Assembly: GCA_963770575.1 (NCBI GenBank)
Contig: CAVYQD010000001.1
Span: 800,569 to 864,568 of the forward strand
Length of the DNA stretch: 64,000 nt
Direction: 5' to 3'
Source: an uncultured Acidobacteriota bacterium
Lineage (GTDB): Bacteria; Acidobacteriota; Terriglobia; Acidiferrales; UBA7541
The number at the start of each line of letters is the position of its first letter. Position 1 is the first letter of the stretch. Below, in pieces: positions 49,941-58,600 of the stretch. The notes under the pieces were generated by a model that was not told the DNA's origin, searched no databases, and was given only the letters and a program-made list of their open reading frames with translations. Both the position numbers and the translations under genes were made by a program.

Positions 49941-50097
49941 AACTGCTCCCGCCCCGCGCCTGGATTCAGCGAATCGCCATCTTGAAATCTTATCGGTCCG
50001 GCTTGCCATCGTAATTTACGGCTGTGCGCAATCTTGCCGACTCGCGATACTATTGGATTGAATCCAGGCGTTTTTCTAGGGCGCGCGCCGGCGGCAC

Positions 50098-51606
50098 ATG
50101 ACACTTCAAAATACTCTATTGGACGTCTTGAATTTTGCTCCCGGCGATCACACCGCCATCATCGTTCCCGAACTCGATCGGCGCGTCTCCTACGATTCGC
50201 TCCGCCAACAAGTTATCGATCTCGCTGACGCTCTCGCAGGTGCAGGCATTCGCCGGAGCGATCGTGTCGCGATGGCGTTTCCGAACGGTCTCCCCGCCAT
50301 CGTGAGTTTTCTCGCCGCGTCCATCTGCGGAACGGCCGCACCACTCAACCCCGCGTACAAATATGACGAGTTCTGTTTTTTTCTCGAAGACACCTCTGCC
50401 CGCATTCTCCTCTGCCCGCCCGACGGAGCAGATGATGCTCGCCGCGCTGCCGCCGACCGCAGCATTCCCGTTTATTCCGTCGAGATGGATTCTGAAGCTC
50501 GTGTTCGTCTCGCACTGGCTCCCCAGGAATCCGCTTCACCCACGCCAGCCGCGGGCGACATCGCTCTTATCCTGCACACGAGCGGAAGCACGGGCCGCCC
50601 GAAGCGCGTACCTTTGCCGCACGCCAACGTCGCCATTTCCGCAAAAAATATCGCAGCCACATACGCGCTTTCGCCCAGCGACGTCTCGCTCTGCCTCATG
50701 CCGCTATTTCACGTGCATGGACTCGTCGCTTCCACGCTTGCCACGCTCGTCTCGGGCGGAACCGTGGTGGCCCCGAAAAAATTCGACGCAACCGCATTCT
50801 GGCGGCTCGTTCGCGAGTATCGCGTCACTTGGTATTCGGCTGTGCCAACAATTCACCAGCTCCTGCTGGCGCGTCTCGGTAACAAAGAAAAACCAGCGGG
50901 AGCGGAATCGCTTCGCTACGTCCGCTCGTGCAGCACTGCGCTCTCGCCCGAAATTATGCACAAACTCGAAAATATGTTCGGCGTCCCGGTGCTCGAAGCC
51001 TACGGCATGACGGAAGCCGCGCACCAGATGGCTTCGAATCCCCTGCCGCCGCGCGCGCACAAAGCCGGCTCCGTTGGTCCCGCTACCGGAATTCGCATCA
51101 GCATCATGGACGATGCCGGCAATCACCTCGCTGGTGACGAACGCGGCGAGGTGGTGATTCAAGGTCCCAATGTTTTTCATGGCTACGAAAACAATCCTGA
51201 AGCCAACGCGAAATCATTTTCAAATGGCTGGTTCCGCACCGGCGATCAGGGCTTTCTCGATTCCGACGGCTATCTGCATCTCACCGGGCGTCTCAAAGAA
51301 CTGATCAATCGCGCCGGCGAAAAAATCGCACCCCGTGAAATCGATGAAGTTCTTCTCACGCATCCAGCGATTGCCGAAGCCGTCACGTTTGGCTGTCCGC
51401 ACGCCACTCTTGGCGAAGAAGTGGCAGCGGCAATCGTCCTGCGCCATCCGGAAGCCACCGCCGAAATCCTGAAATACTGCCGCGAGCGGCTCGCCGAATT
51501 CAAATGCCCAAAAAAAATCTACGTGGTGCAAGCGATCCCGCTCACCGCCACCGGAAAAATTAAACGTAGCGCAGTTGCCGAAGCCGTCTTGAGCGAGAAC
51601 GCGTGA
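50098..51606 (+). CDS. AMP-dependent acyl-CoA synthetase/ligase (oxalate-CoA-ligase-like)
   Basis: 502 aa; LHTSGSTGRPKRV AMP-binding motif, YGMTEAA, TGDQGFLDSDGYLHLTGRLKELI, TATGKIKR. Confidence 0.85.
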   Translation: MTLQNTLLDVLNFAPGDHTAIIVPELDRRVSYDSLRQQVIDLADALAGAGIRRSDRVAMAFPNGLPAIVSFLAASICGTAAPLNPAYKYDEFCFFLEDTSARILLCPPDGADDARRAAADRSIPVYSVEMDSEARVRLALAPQESASPTPAAGDIALILHTSGSTGRPKRVPLPHANVAISAKNIAATYALSPSDVSLCLMPLFHVHGLVASTLATLVSGGTVVAPKKFDATAFWRLVREYRVTWYSAVPTIHQLLLARLGNKEKPAGAESLRYVRSCSTALSPEIMHKLENMFGVPVLEAYGMTEAAHQMASNPLPPRAHKAGSVGPATGIRISIMDDAGNHLAGDERGEVVIQGPNVFHGYENNPEANAKSFSNGWFRTGDQGFLDSDGYLHLTGRLKELINRAGEKIAPREIDEVLLTHPAIAEAVTFGCPHATLGEEVAAAIVLRHPEATAEILKYCRERLAEFKCPKKIYVVQAIPLTATGKIKRSAVAEAVLSENA

Positions 51607-52607
51607 GATTCCTGATCGCAGGCGCTGGCGCCATCGGCGCTTACATGGGCGCGCTCATGGCTCGCGCCGGGCAGGACGTCACGCTCTTTGCTCGCGGCCC
51701 GCATCTGCGCGCGATGCAGGCCAACGGAGTGCGGGTAAAAAGCGTCGACGGCGATTTCGACGCGCATCCCAAAATTGCGGGAGATTTAAGCGAAGTAGGC
51801 CCGGTCGACGTCGTCTTCCTCGGCGTGAAAGCCCACGGCCTCACGCAACTCGCGCCCCAACTCAAGCCTGTGCTGGGTCCGGATACGACTGTCGTCGGCA
51901 CGCAAAATGGAATCCCGTGGTGGTTTTTTCAAGATTGGCAGGGCGGGAACAAGAATTCTTACGACGGAATGCACCTCGAACGCGTCGATCCGGGCGGCGC
52001 GATCGCATCGGCCATCGAACCACGCCGCGTCCTCGGATCGATCGTTTACTTCGCCACGGAAATCAGCGAGCCTGGTGTAATTCGTCACACGGCAGGCGAT
52101 CGCATCTCGCTCGGCGAACCGGACGGCACGCGCTCCGATCGTAGCCGCCAGATTGCAGAAACATTAATCGCCGCGGGACTGCGCTGTCCCGTCACCACAC
52201 ACATCCGACAGGAAATTTGGGTAAAAATTCTCGGCAACGTCGCTTTCAATCCCATCAGCGCGCTCACCGGCGCCACGCTCGTTCAAATGGCTCGCGATCC
52301 GGACGTCCGCGCGCTCGTTCGCAAAATCATGGAAGAAACCGAAGCCGTCGGCGCAAAACTCGGACTTGAGCTCCCCATCACAATCGATCAACGCATCGCG
52401 GGCGCCGAAAAAGTCGGCGAGCACAAAACTTCGATGCTGCAGGATCTTGAAGCTGGCCGTCCCATCGAACTCGAAGCCGTAGTAGGCGCCGTCGTCGAAC
52501 TCGGCGAACGCCTCAACATTCCCATGCCGCACACCCACGCCGTCTACGCCTGCACGAAACTCCTCGCACACACCCGTGCCGCGGCGCAATCTTCGCGTCC
52601 AAAATAG
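51603..52607 (+). CDS. panE: 2-dehydropantoate 2-reductase family (ApbA/PanE) oxidoreductase
   Basis: GTG start overlaps the ligase stop (GTGA). MRFLIAGAGAIGAYMGALMA NAD fold, EIWVKILGNVAFNPISALT, TSMLQDLEAGRPIELE. Confidence 0.75.
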   Translation: MRFLIAGAGAIGAYMGALMARAGQDVTLFARGPHLRAMQANGVRVKSVDGDFDAHPKIAGDLSEVGPVDVVFLGVKAHGLTQLAPQLKPVLGPDTTVVGTQNGIPWWFFQDWQGGNKNSYDGMHLERVDPGGAIASAIEPRRVLGSIVYFATEISEPGVIRHTAGDRISLGEPDGTRSDRSRQIAETLIAAGLRCPVTTHIRQEIWVKILGNVAFNPISALTGATLVQMARDPDVRALVRKIMEETEAVGAKLGLELPITIDQRIAGAEKVGEHKTSMLQDLEAGRPIELEAVVGAVVELGERLNIPMPHTHAVYACTKLLAHTRAAAQSSRPK

Positions 52608-52677
52608 TTTGTCGTTGATGGGACCGCGGTGCAGTAAGCGTCGGACTGCGGCTCAAATCAAGAAGTATTGCTGGTAG

Positions 52678-52710
52678 CCACGACGAGCGCACTCCTCGTC
52701 GTGGGTTTTT
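52678..52710 (+). terminator. Rho-independent terminator after panE-like gene
   Basis: Perfect 10-bp stem CCACGACGAG (52678-52687) / CTCGTCGTGG (52695-52704), followed by GTTTTT. Confidence 0.75.
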
Positions 52711-52731
52711 GCCGCGCGTGCGAATTTGCAG

Positions 52732-53238
52732 TTATTTCGCGCCGTGTGCGGCGGACGCAGCCGGCGCTGCGTCATACTTCTTCAAATCCACTTGCTTCCA
52801 TTTGCCGGCCATGATTCCGGCGCGGATTTCGGCGGGCGTCTTTCCCAATTTCGTTTGCTGATACGAGTACGCGGCTTCCTTCTGGCAAACTTCGCAAATC
52901 GATCCGTGATTGTCGCCAAAACAATCGAGCAGGCTGGTGTGGCCCACTTCGCGATCGCAGTGGCAGTAGCAGGGCTGCTGATAGAGGACAGGTTTCACCT
53001 TCGCGGCGAGCGCGTACAGATTCTGCGTGCGCGCGTCGGGGAATTGCTTCGGGTCGAGCGTCGCGGGCAGAGGCCCTGTGGGAGCGGTTGCGTGATACGC
53101 CGGAGTGTCGTCTTGCGCGCTTGGAGTGGCAGCGGATTGCGCGGCGGAGGCGCTCTGTTGCATGAATCCAAATCCCAATCCAAATCCGGCCAATGCCATC
53201 GCCAGCACAACGCCAAAAATGAGAGCTCTTTCTTTCAT
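52732..53238 (-). CDS. secreted Cys-rich protein with CYCHC motif
   Basis: ORF 52732..53307; inner ATG 53238 after GGGAG. Signal-like MKERALIFGVVLAMALAGFGLGFG. QQPCYCHCDREVGH...CFGDNHGSICEVC. Confidence 0.55.
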   Translation of the reverse strand: MKERALIFGVVLAMALAGFGLGFGFMQQSASAAQSAATPSAQDDTPAYHATAPTGPLPATLDPKQFPDARTQNLYALAAKVKPVLYQQPCYCHCDREVGHTSLLDCFGDNHGSICEVCQKEAAYSYQQTKLGKTPAEIRAGIMAGKWKQVDLKKYDAAPAASAAHGAK

Positions 53239-53419
53239 CTCGCATCTCCCTGCCAGCCGGCCAACGACTGAATACCGGCTCGTTTTCGACGCCTCAAATC
53301 GTATCACGGAACCAGCGGCGCTCAGCTTCGCCCCGCGCGTTCAGTAATGTTGACTCGCGCGTCTCGCTGGCATAACGTTTCCGCGAGCACAAGCCGCAAA
53401 CACCCTCGAGGACAACAAC

Positions 53420-54439
53420 ATGGCTGACTTCCCGATCGTCGACCTTTCTTCATTCGCAAATGCGTCGCCCGCCGAAAAGCAATCACTCGGCCGGCATGTG
53501 GACGAAATTTGCCGTCAAACGGGATTTCTCGCTATCACCGGCCACGGCGTTCCCGACGAAACAATCACGCGCGCGTGGAACGCAGCCCGCAAGTTTTTCG
53601 ATCTGCCCGAAGAAAAAAAACTCGCGGTGAAAATGCGATATGCTGGCTATCCGTACGGCTACTCGCCGCTTCAGTCCGAAGCGCTCGCGAAATCAAAAGG
53701 CGAAGAAACACCACCGGACATCAAGGAAAGTTTCAATATCGGGCCGCTCACGGTGCCGCCGCACACGGGAAACGAGCCGTTCGCCGATTTTCGCTACGCC
53801 ACGAATATCTGGCCGGCGGAACCTGCCGATTTCGAGGCTGCGTGGTCTGACTATTACCGCGCGCTTGGTGCGCTTGCCGGCCGAATCATGCGAGTGTTTG
53901 CCGTCGCGCTGAATCTGCCGGAGAATTTCTTCGACGCTGCGGTTGACGATCCTATCAGCGCGGTTCGTGCGCTGAATTATCCTCACCAGAACGTCGCGCC
54001 CAAGCCGGGCCAGCTTCGCGCCGGCGCCCATTCCGATTACGGCAGCCTCACAATCCTGCGCGCCGACGCCGCGACGGGCGGCCTTGAAATCTTCAACCCG
54101 CAAAAACAGTGGCAGGCCGTTCCGGTGATCCCAAACGGTTTTGTCGTCAACATCGGCGACTTGATGGCTCGCTGGACGAACGACCGCTGGGTTTCAACGC
54201 TCCATCGCGTCGTGAATCCCGCGCCCGATGCAAGCGGCTCCACGCGCCGCCAGTCCGTCGCCTTCTTCCATCAGCCCAACTGGGACGCCGAAATTTCCTG
54301 CATCCCCACGTGCCTAGGCGCGGGTGAGAAAGCGAAGTACCCGCCCGTCCGCTCCGGCGAATACTTGATGCAAAAATTTCACAGCACCGTGAAAATCGGC
54401 GCCGCTGCGGCAATTCCGGGAAGTTCAGCAGGCACTTAG
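53420..54439 (+). CDS. 2-oxoglutarate/Fe(II)-dependent oxygenase (isopenicillin-N-synthase family)
   Basis: 339 aa; FPIVDLS start, GFLAITGHGV, HSDYGSLTIL (HxD), STLHRV distal His, RQSVAFF. Confidence 0.8.
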   Translation: MADFPIVDLSSFANASPAEKQSLGRHVDEICRQTGFLAITGHGVPDETITRAWNAARKFFDLPEEKKLAVKMRYAGYPYGYSPLQSEALAKSKGEETPPDIKESFNIGPLTVPPHTGNEPFADFRYATNIWPAEPADFEAAWSDYYRALGALAGRIMRVFAVALNLPENFFDAAVDDPISAVRALNYPHQNVAPKPGQLRAGAHSDYGSLTILRADAATGGLEIFNPQKQWQAVPVIPNGFVVNIGDLMARWTNDRWVSTLHRVVNPAPDASGSTRRQSVAFFHQPNWDAEISCIPTCLGAGEKAKYPPVRSGEYLMQKFHSTVKIGAAAAIPGSSAGT

Positions 54440-55368
54440 GAGTTGGCGAGCGAGTTATACGCAACGGCAATTTGTGCCGCCACGCGCGCGTTGTTCAGAA
54501 GCAATGCTACGTTCGTCGTCAACGTTTTTCCGCCGCTACCCTTCGACATTGACTCGAGCAAGTACGGCGTGACGCGTTTGCCTTGAATTTTTTCGGCGGC
54601 GGCGGAAACGAGAGCCTTCTCGATCAGTGCTTCGAGATCATGCCGCGATAGCGCGCTTTTCTCCGGCGGCGGATTTCCGAACACGATTCCGGCTGAAAGT
54701 CCCAAGCCCCAGTGTGTGGCCATTAGTCGCGCTGCTTCCTTGGGAGAATCGACGCGGCATTGCAGCGCGAGGCCGCTTTCGCGGGAATAAAACGCAGGCA
54801 ATTCGTTCGTTCCGTAGCCGACGACGGGCACGCCAAGCGTTTCGAGCATTTCGAGCGTCCGCGGCAAATCGAGGATTGCTTTTGCACCTGCGCACACGAC
54901 GGCTACCGGGGTTCGGGCAAGTTCGGTGAGGTCGGCGGAAATATCGAGCGTTTCCTCCACGCCGCGATGCACGCCGCCGATTCCACCCGTTGCAAACACG
55001 CGAATGCCCGCGCGGGCTGCGATGAAAGCGGTCGCGGCAACTGTAGTAGCTCCTGGTTTGCCGGACGCGACCACGGAAGCCAAATCCGCGCGGCTAACCT
55101 TTGCGACGTTTTTCGATTCCGCAAGGAATGCCAGCTCTCCGGCGGATGTTCCGACGACGAGTTTTCCGTTGAACACGGCAATCGTCGCTGGTACCGCGCC
55201 GCCTTCGCGAATCGCAGCTTCCATGCCGCGCGCTGTCTCGAGATTGTGGGGCTGCGGCAGACCGTGCGAAATCACGGTGGATTCGAGCGCAACGACCGGC
55301 TTCTTTTCGGCAAGAGCCGCAGCGACTTCTTCATGGATGAACAGCAAGTTATCCAATCCGCCCTCCAA
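54436..55368 (-). CDS. psuG: pseudouridine-5-prime-phosphate glycosidase (IndA-like)
   Basis: 310 aa; ALESTVISHGLPQPHNLETA, GATTVAATAFIAARAGIRVFATGGIGGVHRG, DISADLTELARTPV. Confidence 0.88.
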   Translation of the reverse strand: MEGGLDNLLFIHEEVAAALAEKKPVVALESTVISHGLPQPHNLETARGMEAAIREGGAVPATIAVFNGKLVVGTSAGELAFLAESKNVAKVSRADLASVVASGKPGATTVAATAFIAARAGIRVFATGGIGGVHRGVEETLDISADLTELARTPVAVVCAGAKAILDLPRTLEMLETLGVPVVGYGTNELPAFYSRESGLALQCRVDSPKEAARLMATHWGLGLSAGIVFGNPPPEKSALSRHDLEALIEKALVSAAAEKIQGKRVTPYLLESMSKGSGGKTLTTNVALLLNNARVAAQIAVAYNSLANS

Positions 55369-55401
55369 AGCCCGGACGCTCTTGCGAATTAGTTGTGATT
55401 G

Positions 55402-56325
55402 TCATGAATGCGACGAAGCACGCGCTGCCGCTGCTTCGCGCGCCGGCATCACATTTTTCATCAGCGCGCGAACGCGATTTACGTCGACTTCATTTTGCAT
55501 CACGCCATCTTTTTTCAGGCTCGTACCGACGATGATGCCATCGGCGTGCTGGAGAAATGCCGCGACGTTCTCCGCGCTTGTGCCGCTGCCAATCAGGATG
55601 GGGCGCTTGGCGAAGGATTTTGCTTCGCGCACTTTTTCGACGTCCGGGGCGCTGCCGGTAAATCGTCCGGAAACGATCAGCGCGTCGGCGCCGTAAAATT
55701 CCGTCCATTCGATGTGCGTGCGCAGATCGATTCCCGGAAATGGCACGGAGTGTTTCTTGTCCACATCGGCAAAAATGTGGATTCCCTCGGCGTGCAGTTC
55801 TTTGCGTTTGCGCATCAATTCGGCGGCACAGCCATGATCGAATTCGCCCGTGTCCCAGACGCGCGCGCCGGTGAGAATGCAGACTCGAATCCATCGGGCG
55901 CTGGCGGCGAGAGCGATCGAAAGGCACACGGTGCCGCCGTTGTGAATCACGTTGATGCCAACGGGCACCGGAAAATTCTTCACTACTTCGGCAGCAGCGA
56001 CGGCATGGGCCGTCATCGCTTCGGGCTTCACGTCGTTGCCGACGTAGTACGGCAGGTCCCACATATTTTCGACGGCGAGGCCATCGACGCCGCCTTGCAC
56101 GAGCGCGTCCGCGTCGCGGAGCGCGTTGTCGACAATTTTCTGCATGCCGTAGCCGGTGTAGCCCGGCGCGCCCGGCAGCGGCCAGAGGTGGACCATGCCG
56201 ATGACGGGCTTAGGAACCGGGAAAAGATCGGCGAGCGATTTCAAGCGCGGGCGATCCAGTTCTTGTTTCCATTCGGGCAGCGAATTGCGATCCGGAAGCT
56301 GAGTTCTGTCAGGCGACGGCGTCAT
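55402..56325 (-). CDS. BtpA/SgcQ-family TIM-barrel protein
   Basis: ORF 55402..56529. Sensible start is ATG 56325 (MTPSPDR), overlapping the kinase stop as ATGA. VIGMVHLWPLPGAPGY, VDGLAVENMWDLPY, GINVIHNG, ALIVSGRFTGSAP, ILIGSGTS. Confidence 0.7.
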   Translation of the reverse strand: MTPSPDRTQLPDRNSLPEWKQELDRPRLKSLADLFPVPKPVIGMVHLWPLPGAPGYTGYGMQKIVDNALRDADALVQGGVDGLAVENMWDLPYYVGNDVKPEAMTAHAVAAAEVVKNFPVPVGINVIHNGGTVCLSIALAASARWIRVCILTGARVWDTGEFDHGCAAELMRKRKELHAEGIHIFADVDKKHSVPFPGIDLRTHIEWTEFYGADALIVSGRFTGSAPDVEKVREAKSFAKRPILIGSGTSAENVAAFLQHADGIIVGTSLKKDGVMQNEVDVNRVRALMKNVMPAREAAAARASSHS

Positions 56326-57356
56326 GTGGACCTCTTTTCGAGCGATTTGCGATTTTGAAGGAGCGCGAGAACTTGCCGCCGTACGGCGTCCCACTCGCCG
56401 CGCATTTTTTGCGAGCGAAGCAGCGCTTTCACTTCTCGCGCACCGGGAAGTGTTTCTCCGGCGCCGACAAACGAGACGGCTGCAGCACCGCCGGCAGAAG
56501 CGGCAACGGCGGCCTCCGCGAGCGGCCATCCGCGCAAGCGCGCTTGCAAGAATCCGGCGACGAAGGCATCGCCTGCTCCGGTGGAATCGACCATTTTCAC
56601 GTCGAACGACGGCACAAGCCGCGCCGCGCCATTTTGCGATATCAAGCAGCCGCGCTTTCCGAGTTTCAGAACCAACTCGCGCGCGCCGGCCTTTTTCAGC
56701 GCGGCAAACGCGCGATGCGGGTCGCGCGCGCCCGTGAGCAGCGTGGCTTCGTCCAAACTCAGCAGGAGAATATCGACGCTGGGAATGATTTGCAAAATTT
56801 TTCGCGGGATTTGCTGGCTGGGGGCCATACCCACGTCAAGCGAGACCCAGCCGCCGCGCGCGTGAATCGTTCGCATGACTTGCCGTGCGGCAACAGCGGG
56901 GCCCGGATTGAGAAAATTGTAGCCGACCAAATGCGCGGCCGCTGCTCCTTTGCAGAGAGCTTGCACATCGCGCAATTTCTTCACGTGGCCATTCGCGGCG
57001 CGGCTTCCGAAAAATGTGCGTTCGCCGTCGGGCGTGACGTTGATATAGAAAAATCCCGTCATCGCGTCGGAGGTTCGTTGAACCCAGCGCGTGTTGACGC
57101 CGCCATTTTTCAGGCCTTCGAGCACGTAGTCGCCGAAGCGATCGCTGCCGACACATCCTGCAAGTCGAACGTCGAGTCCCCAGCGCGCGAGAGCGAGCGC
57201 AGAATTTGCTCCCACGCCGCCGCAATGCATTTCGAGGTGCGGCGCAAGGCAATCCTGGCCGGGCTTCGGCCAGGCGGCAACGCGGCCGAGCATGTCGACG
57301 TTGATGTCGCCGAGAACGACGATGGAGGGATGGGGAGGAGCGGAGGCGCGCGTCAC
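56322..57356 (-). CDS. PfkB-family carbohydrate/nucleoside kinase (pseudouridine-kinase candidate)
   Basis: 344 aa; IVVLGDINVDM, GGVGANSALALARWG, C-terminal DSTGAGDAFVAGF PfkB signature. First gene of a three-gene operon ending in psuG. Confidence 0.75.
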   Translation of the reverse strand: MTRASAPPHPSIVVLGDINVDMLGRVAAWPKPGQDCLAPHLEMHCGGVGANSALALARWGLDVRLAGCVGSDRFGDYVLEGLKNGGVNTRWVQRTSDAMTGFFYINVTPDGERTFFGSRAANGHVKKLRDVQALCKGAAAAHLVGYNFLNPGPAVAARQVMRTIHARGGWVSLDVGMAPSQQIPRKILQIIPSVDILLLSLDEATLLTGARDPHRAFAALKKAGARELVLKLGKRGCLISQNGAARLVPSFDVKMVDSTGAGDAFVAGFLQARLRGWPLAEAAVAASAGGAAAVSFVGAGETLPGAREVKALLRSQKMRGEWDAVRRQVLALLQNRKSLEKRST

Positions 57357-57417
57357 GATGGCTCCGCAGAGCGCAAATGGGAAGCTGCTTGCGGTAGCGC
57401 GAGTAGGCGAATACCGC

Positions 57418-57491
57418 CGATTAGAAAAACTTTAGTCCTTTGGATTGAGCTAGTTAATTCGAATTCTAATCGCGGAATCGCGATTAGAAAA
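57418..57491. promoter_or_regulatory. operator-like repeats upstream of the kinase-BtpA-PsuG operon
   Basis: Perfect 11-bp inverted repeat TTCTAATCGCG (57464-57474) - GAAT - CGCGATTAGAA (57479-57489). CGATTAGAAAA is also repeated directly at 57418-57428 and 57481-57491, 63 bp apart. 60-135 bp upstream of start 57356. Confidence 0.45.
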
Positions 57492-57772
57492 CTCGTGCAG
57501 GGCCTGGTAAGGGCGAGGCGCGCACGCTGAAAATCTTGTTCGCACCTCGGCTGCGGACGCCCGGGCGACTTACCTACCGAGGTGGCGCAGACTGCCTCAA
57601 TTGGGCTCATTAGTGACACACGAGGACGCTAGCACGGTGCAACGCGCTTCGCCACTGCATGTTGGTGTAAGGATTTTAAAATCGATGCGTAAGTCGAACG
57701 CACTACAGTTCTTAACTGCGTGCAAAAAAATCGAAAGGGTTGCCGAATTGCGAATATTCGGCAGGAAGAGAA

Positions 57773-58600
57773 TTATTTCGCGCGCGCGAGCGCGTTGATT
57801 TGGTTTTGAGCGAGTGCAATCCGCCATGGATAGACGTCGCTATGCCATTTGGTCGCCTGCAAGTACGATTGCAGTTCGCTCTTGGCGAGCGCGTTCTGCC
57901 CCGTAGCTTCATACACTTCGGCAAGCTCCCAATGGACTTTTGAGTTGTTCGCGAGGTCGCCGGTGAGAGCGATGCTTTGCGATGTGACGGGCGTGAGCGC
58001 GAGCTCGGCTTGAAACGCGGTGATCGCATTTGCGTACGCCTGCTGCTTCGCCGTTGGATCGCTGGCTTGCTGCGCTTCGATCACGTAGGTTTCGGCGATC
58101 AAGGTATTGACGCCAAGTTTTTGCGGATCGATTTGCAGCACTTCCTGGAACAGCTCGATCGCGTTGCTGGGATTTGTTTCACGCAACAGGTTGCCGAGCC
58201 GCAGCCGTACGGTGAACATGCATGGCGCAGGAGTCATCTGCTGCGGAACCGTGCCGTTCACTAAACTCGCTGCTGTGACGATCTGGCACGTGTGGCTTTG
58301 CAAGCTGTTCATCGCAAGTGAGGTCTGGTAGTCGTTGATGGCGTCCGGAATATCGTCCATGTCGTCCTGGAAATGGATGCCGCGTTCCATGTAGTCCCAG
58401 GTGGTTTGCGGCTGCGGGATATTGATCAAATTCCAGTCGATCTTTCCTTCGAAGTAGAAAGGATTTGGTTTTGGATAGTAAGGATTCGCGCTTTGAAATT
58501 CTCCGGGCGTGTACGTAGGGGAGCTTTGCGCGAAGACGGCGACAAGCACGAGCGCAACGGCTATCACGATCAAGGCCGGATATCGGTATCGAATTTTCAT
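57773..58600 (-). CDS. membrane-anchored/secreted TPR-like protein co-transcribed with the 5-haem cytochrome
   Basis: 275 aa; N-terminal hydrophobic ALIVIAVALVLVAVFA; helical-repeat C-terminal half (AIELFQEVLQIDPQ.., YANAITAFQAELAL.., ELAEVYEATGQNALAKSELQSYL). 4-nt overlap with the upstream gene. Confidence 0.55.
   Translation of the reverse strand: MKIRYRYPALIVIAVALVLVAVFAQSSPTYTPGEFQSANPYYPKPNPFYFEGKIDWNLINIPQPQTTWDYMERGIHFQDDMDDIPDAINDYQTSLAMNSLQSHTCQIVTAASLVNGTVPQQMTPAPCMFTVRLRLGNLLRETNPSNAIELFQEVLQIDPQKLGVNTLIAETYVIEAQQASDPTAKQQAYANAITAFQAELALTPVTSQSIALTGDLANNSKVHWELAEVYEATGQNALAKSELQSYLQATKWHSDVYPWRIALAQNQINALARAK

Noticed and set aside
56326-56529. N-terminal extension of ORF 55402..56529 (MAARGGRRCRFCRRCC...)
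   Set aside because: Arg/Cys-rich junk overlapping the kinase C-terminus. ATG 56325 gives the standard ATGA coupling and a normal BtpA N-terminus.
55408-57530. Plus-strand ORFs 55408..56358 (316 aa) and 56355..57530 (391 aa)
   Set aside because: Antisense to the BtpA-like and PfkB kinase genes, which carry family signatures. Arg-rich shadow frames.
57721-57763. Hairpin TGCCGAAT..ATTCGGCA after the TPR-like gene as a minus-strand intrinsic terminator
   Set aside because: The stem is only 8 bp, and the T tract (complement of A7 at 57724-57730) is separated from it by 10 nt, so it is not a canonical terminator. Possible but weak.
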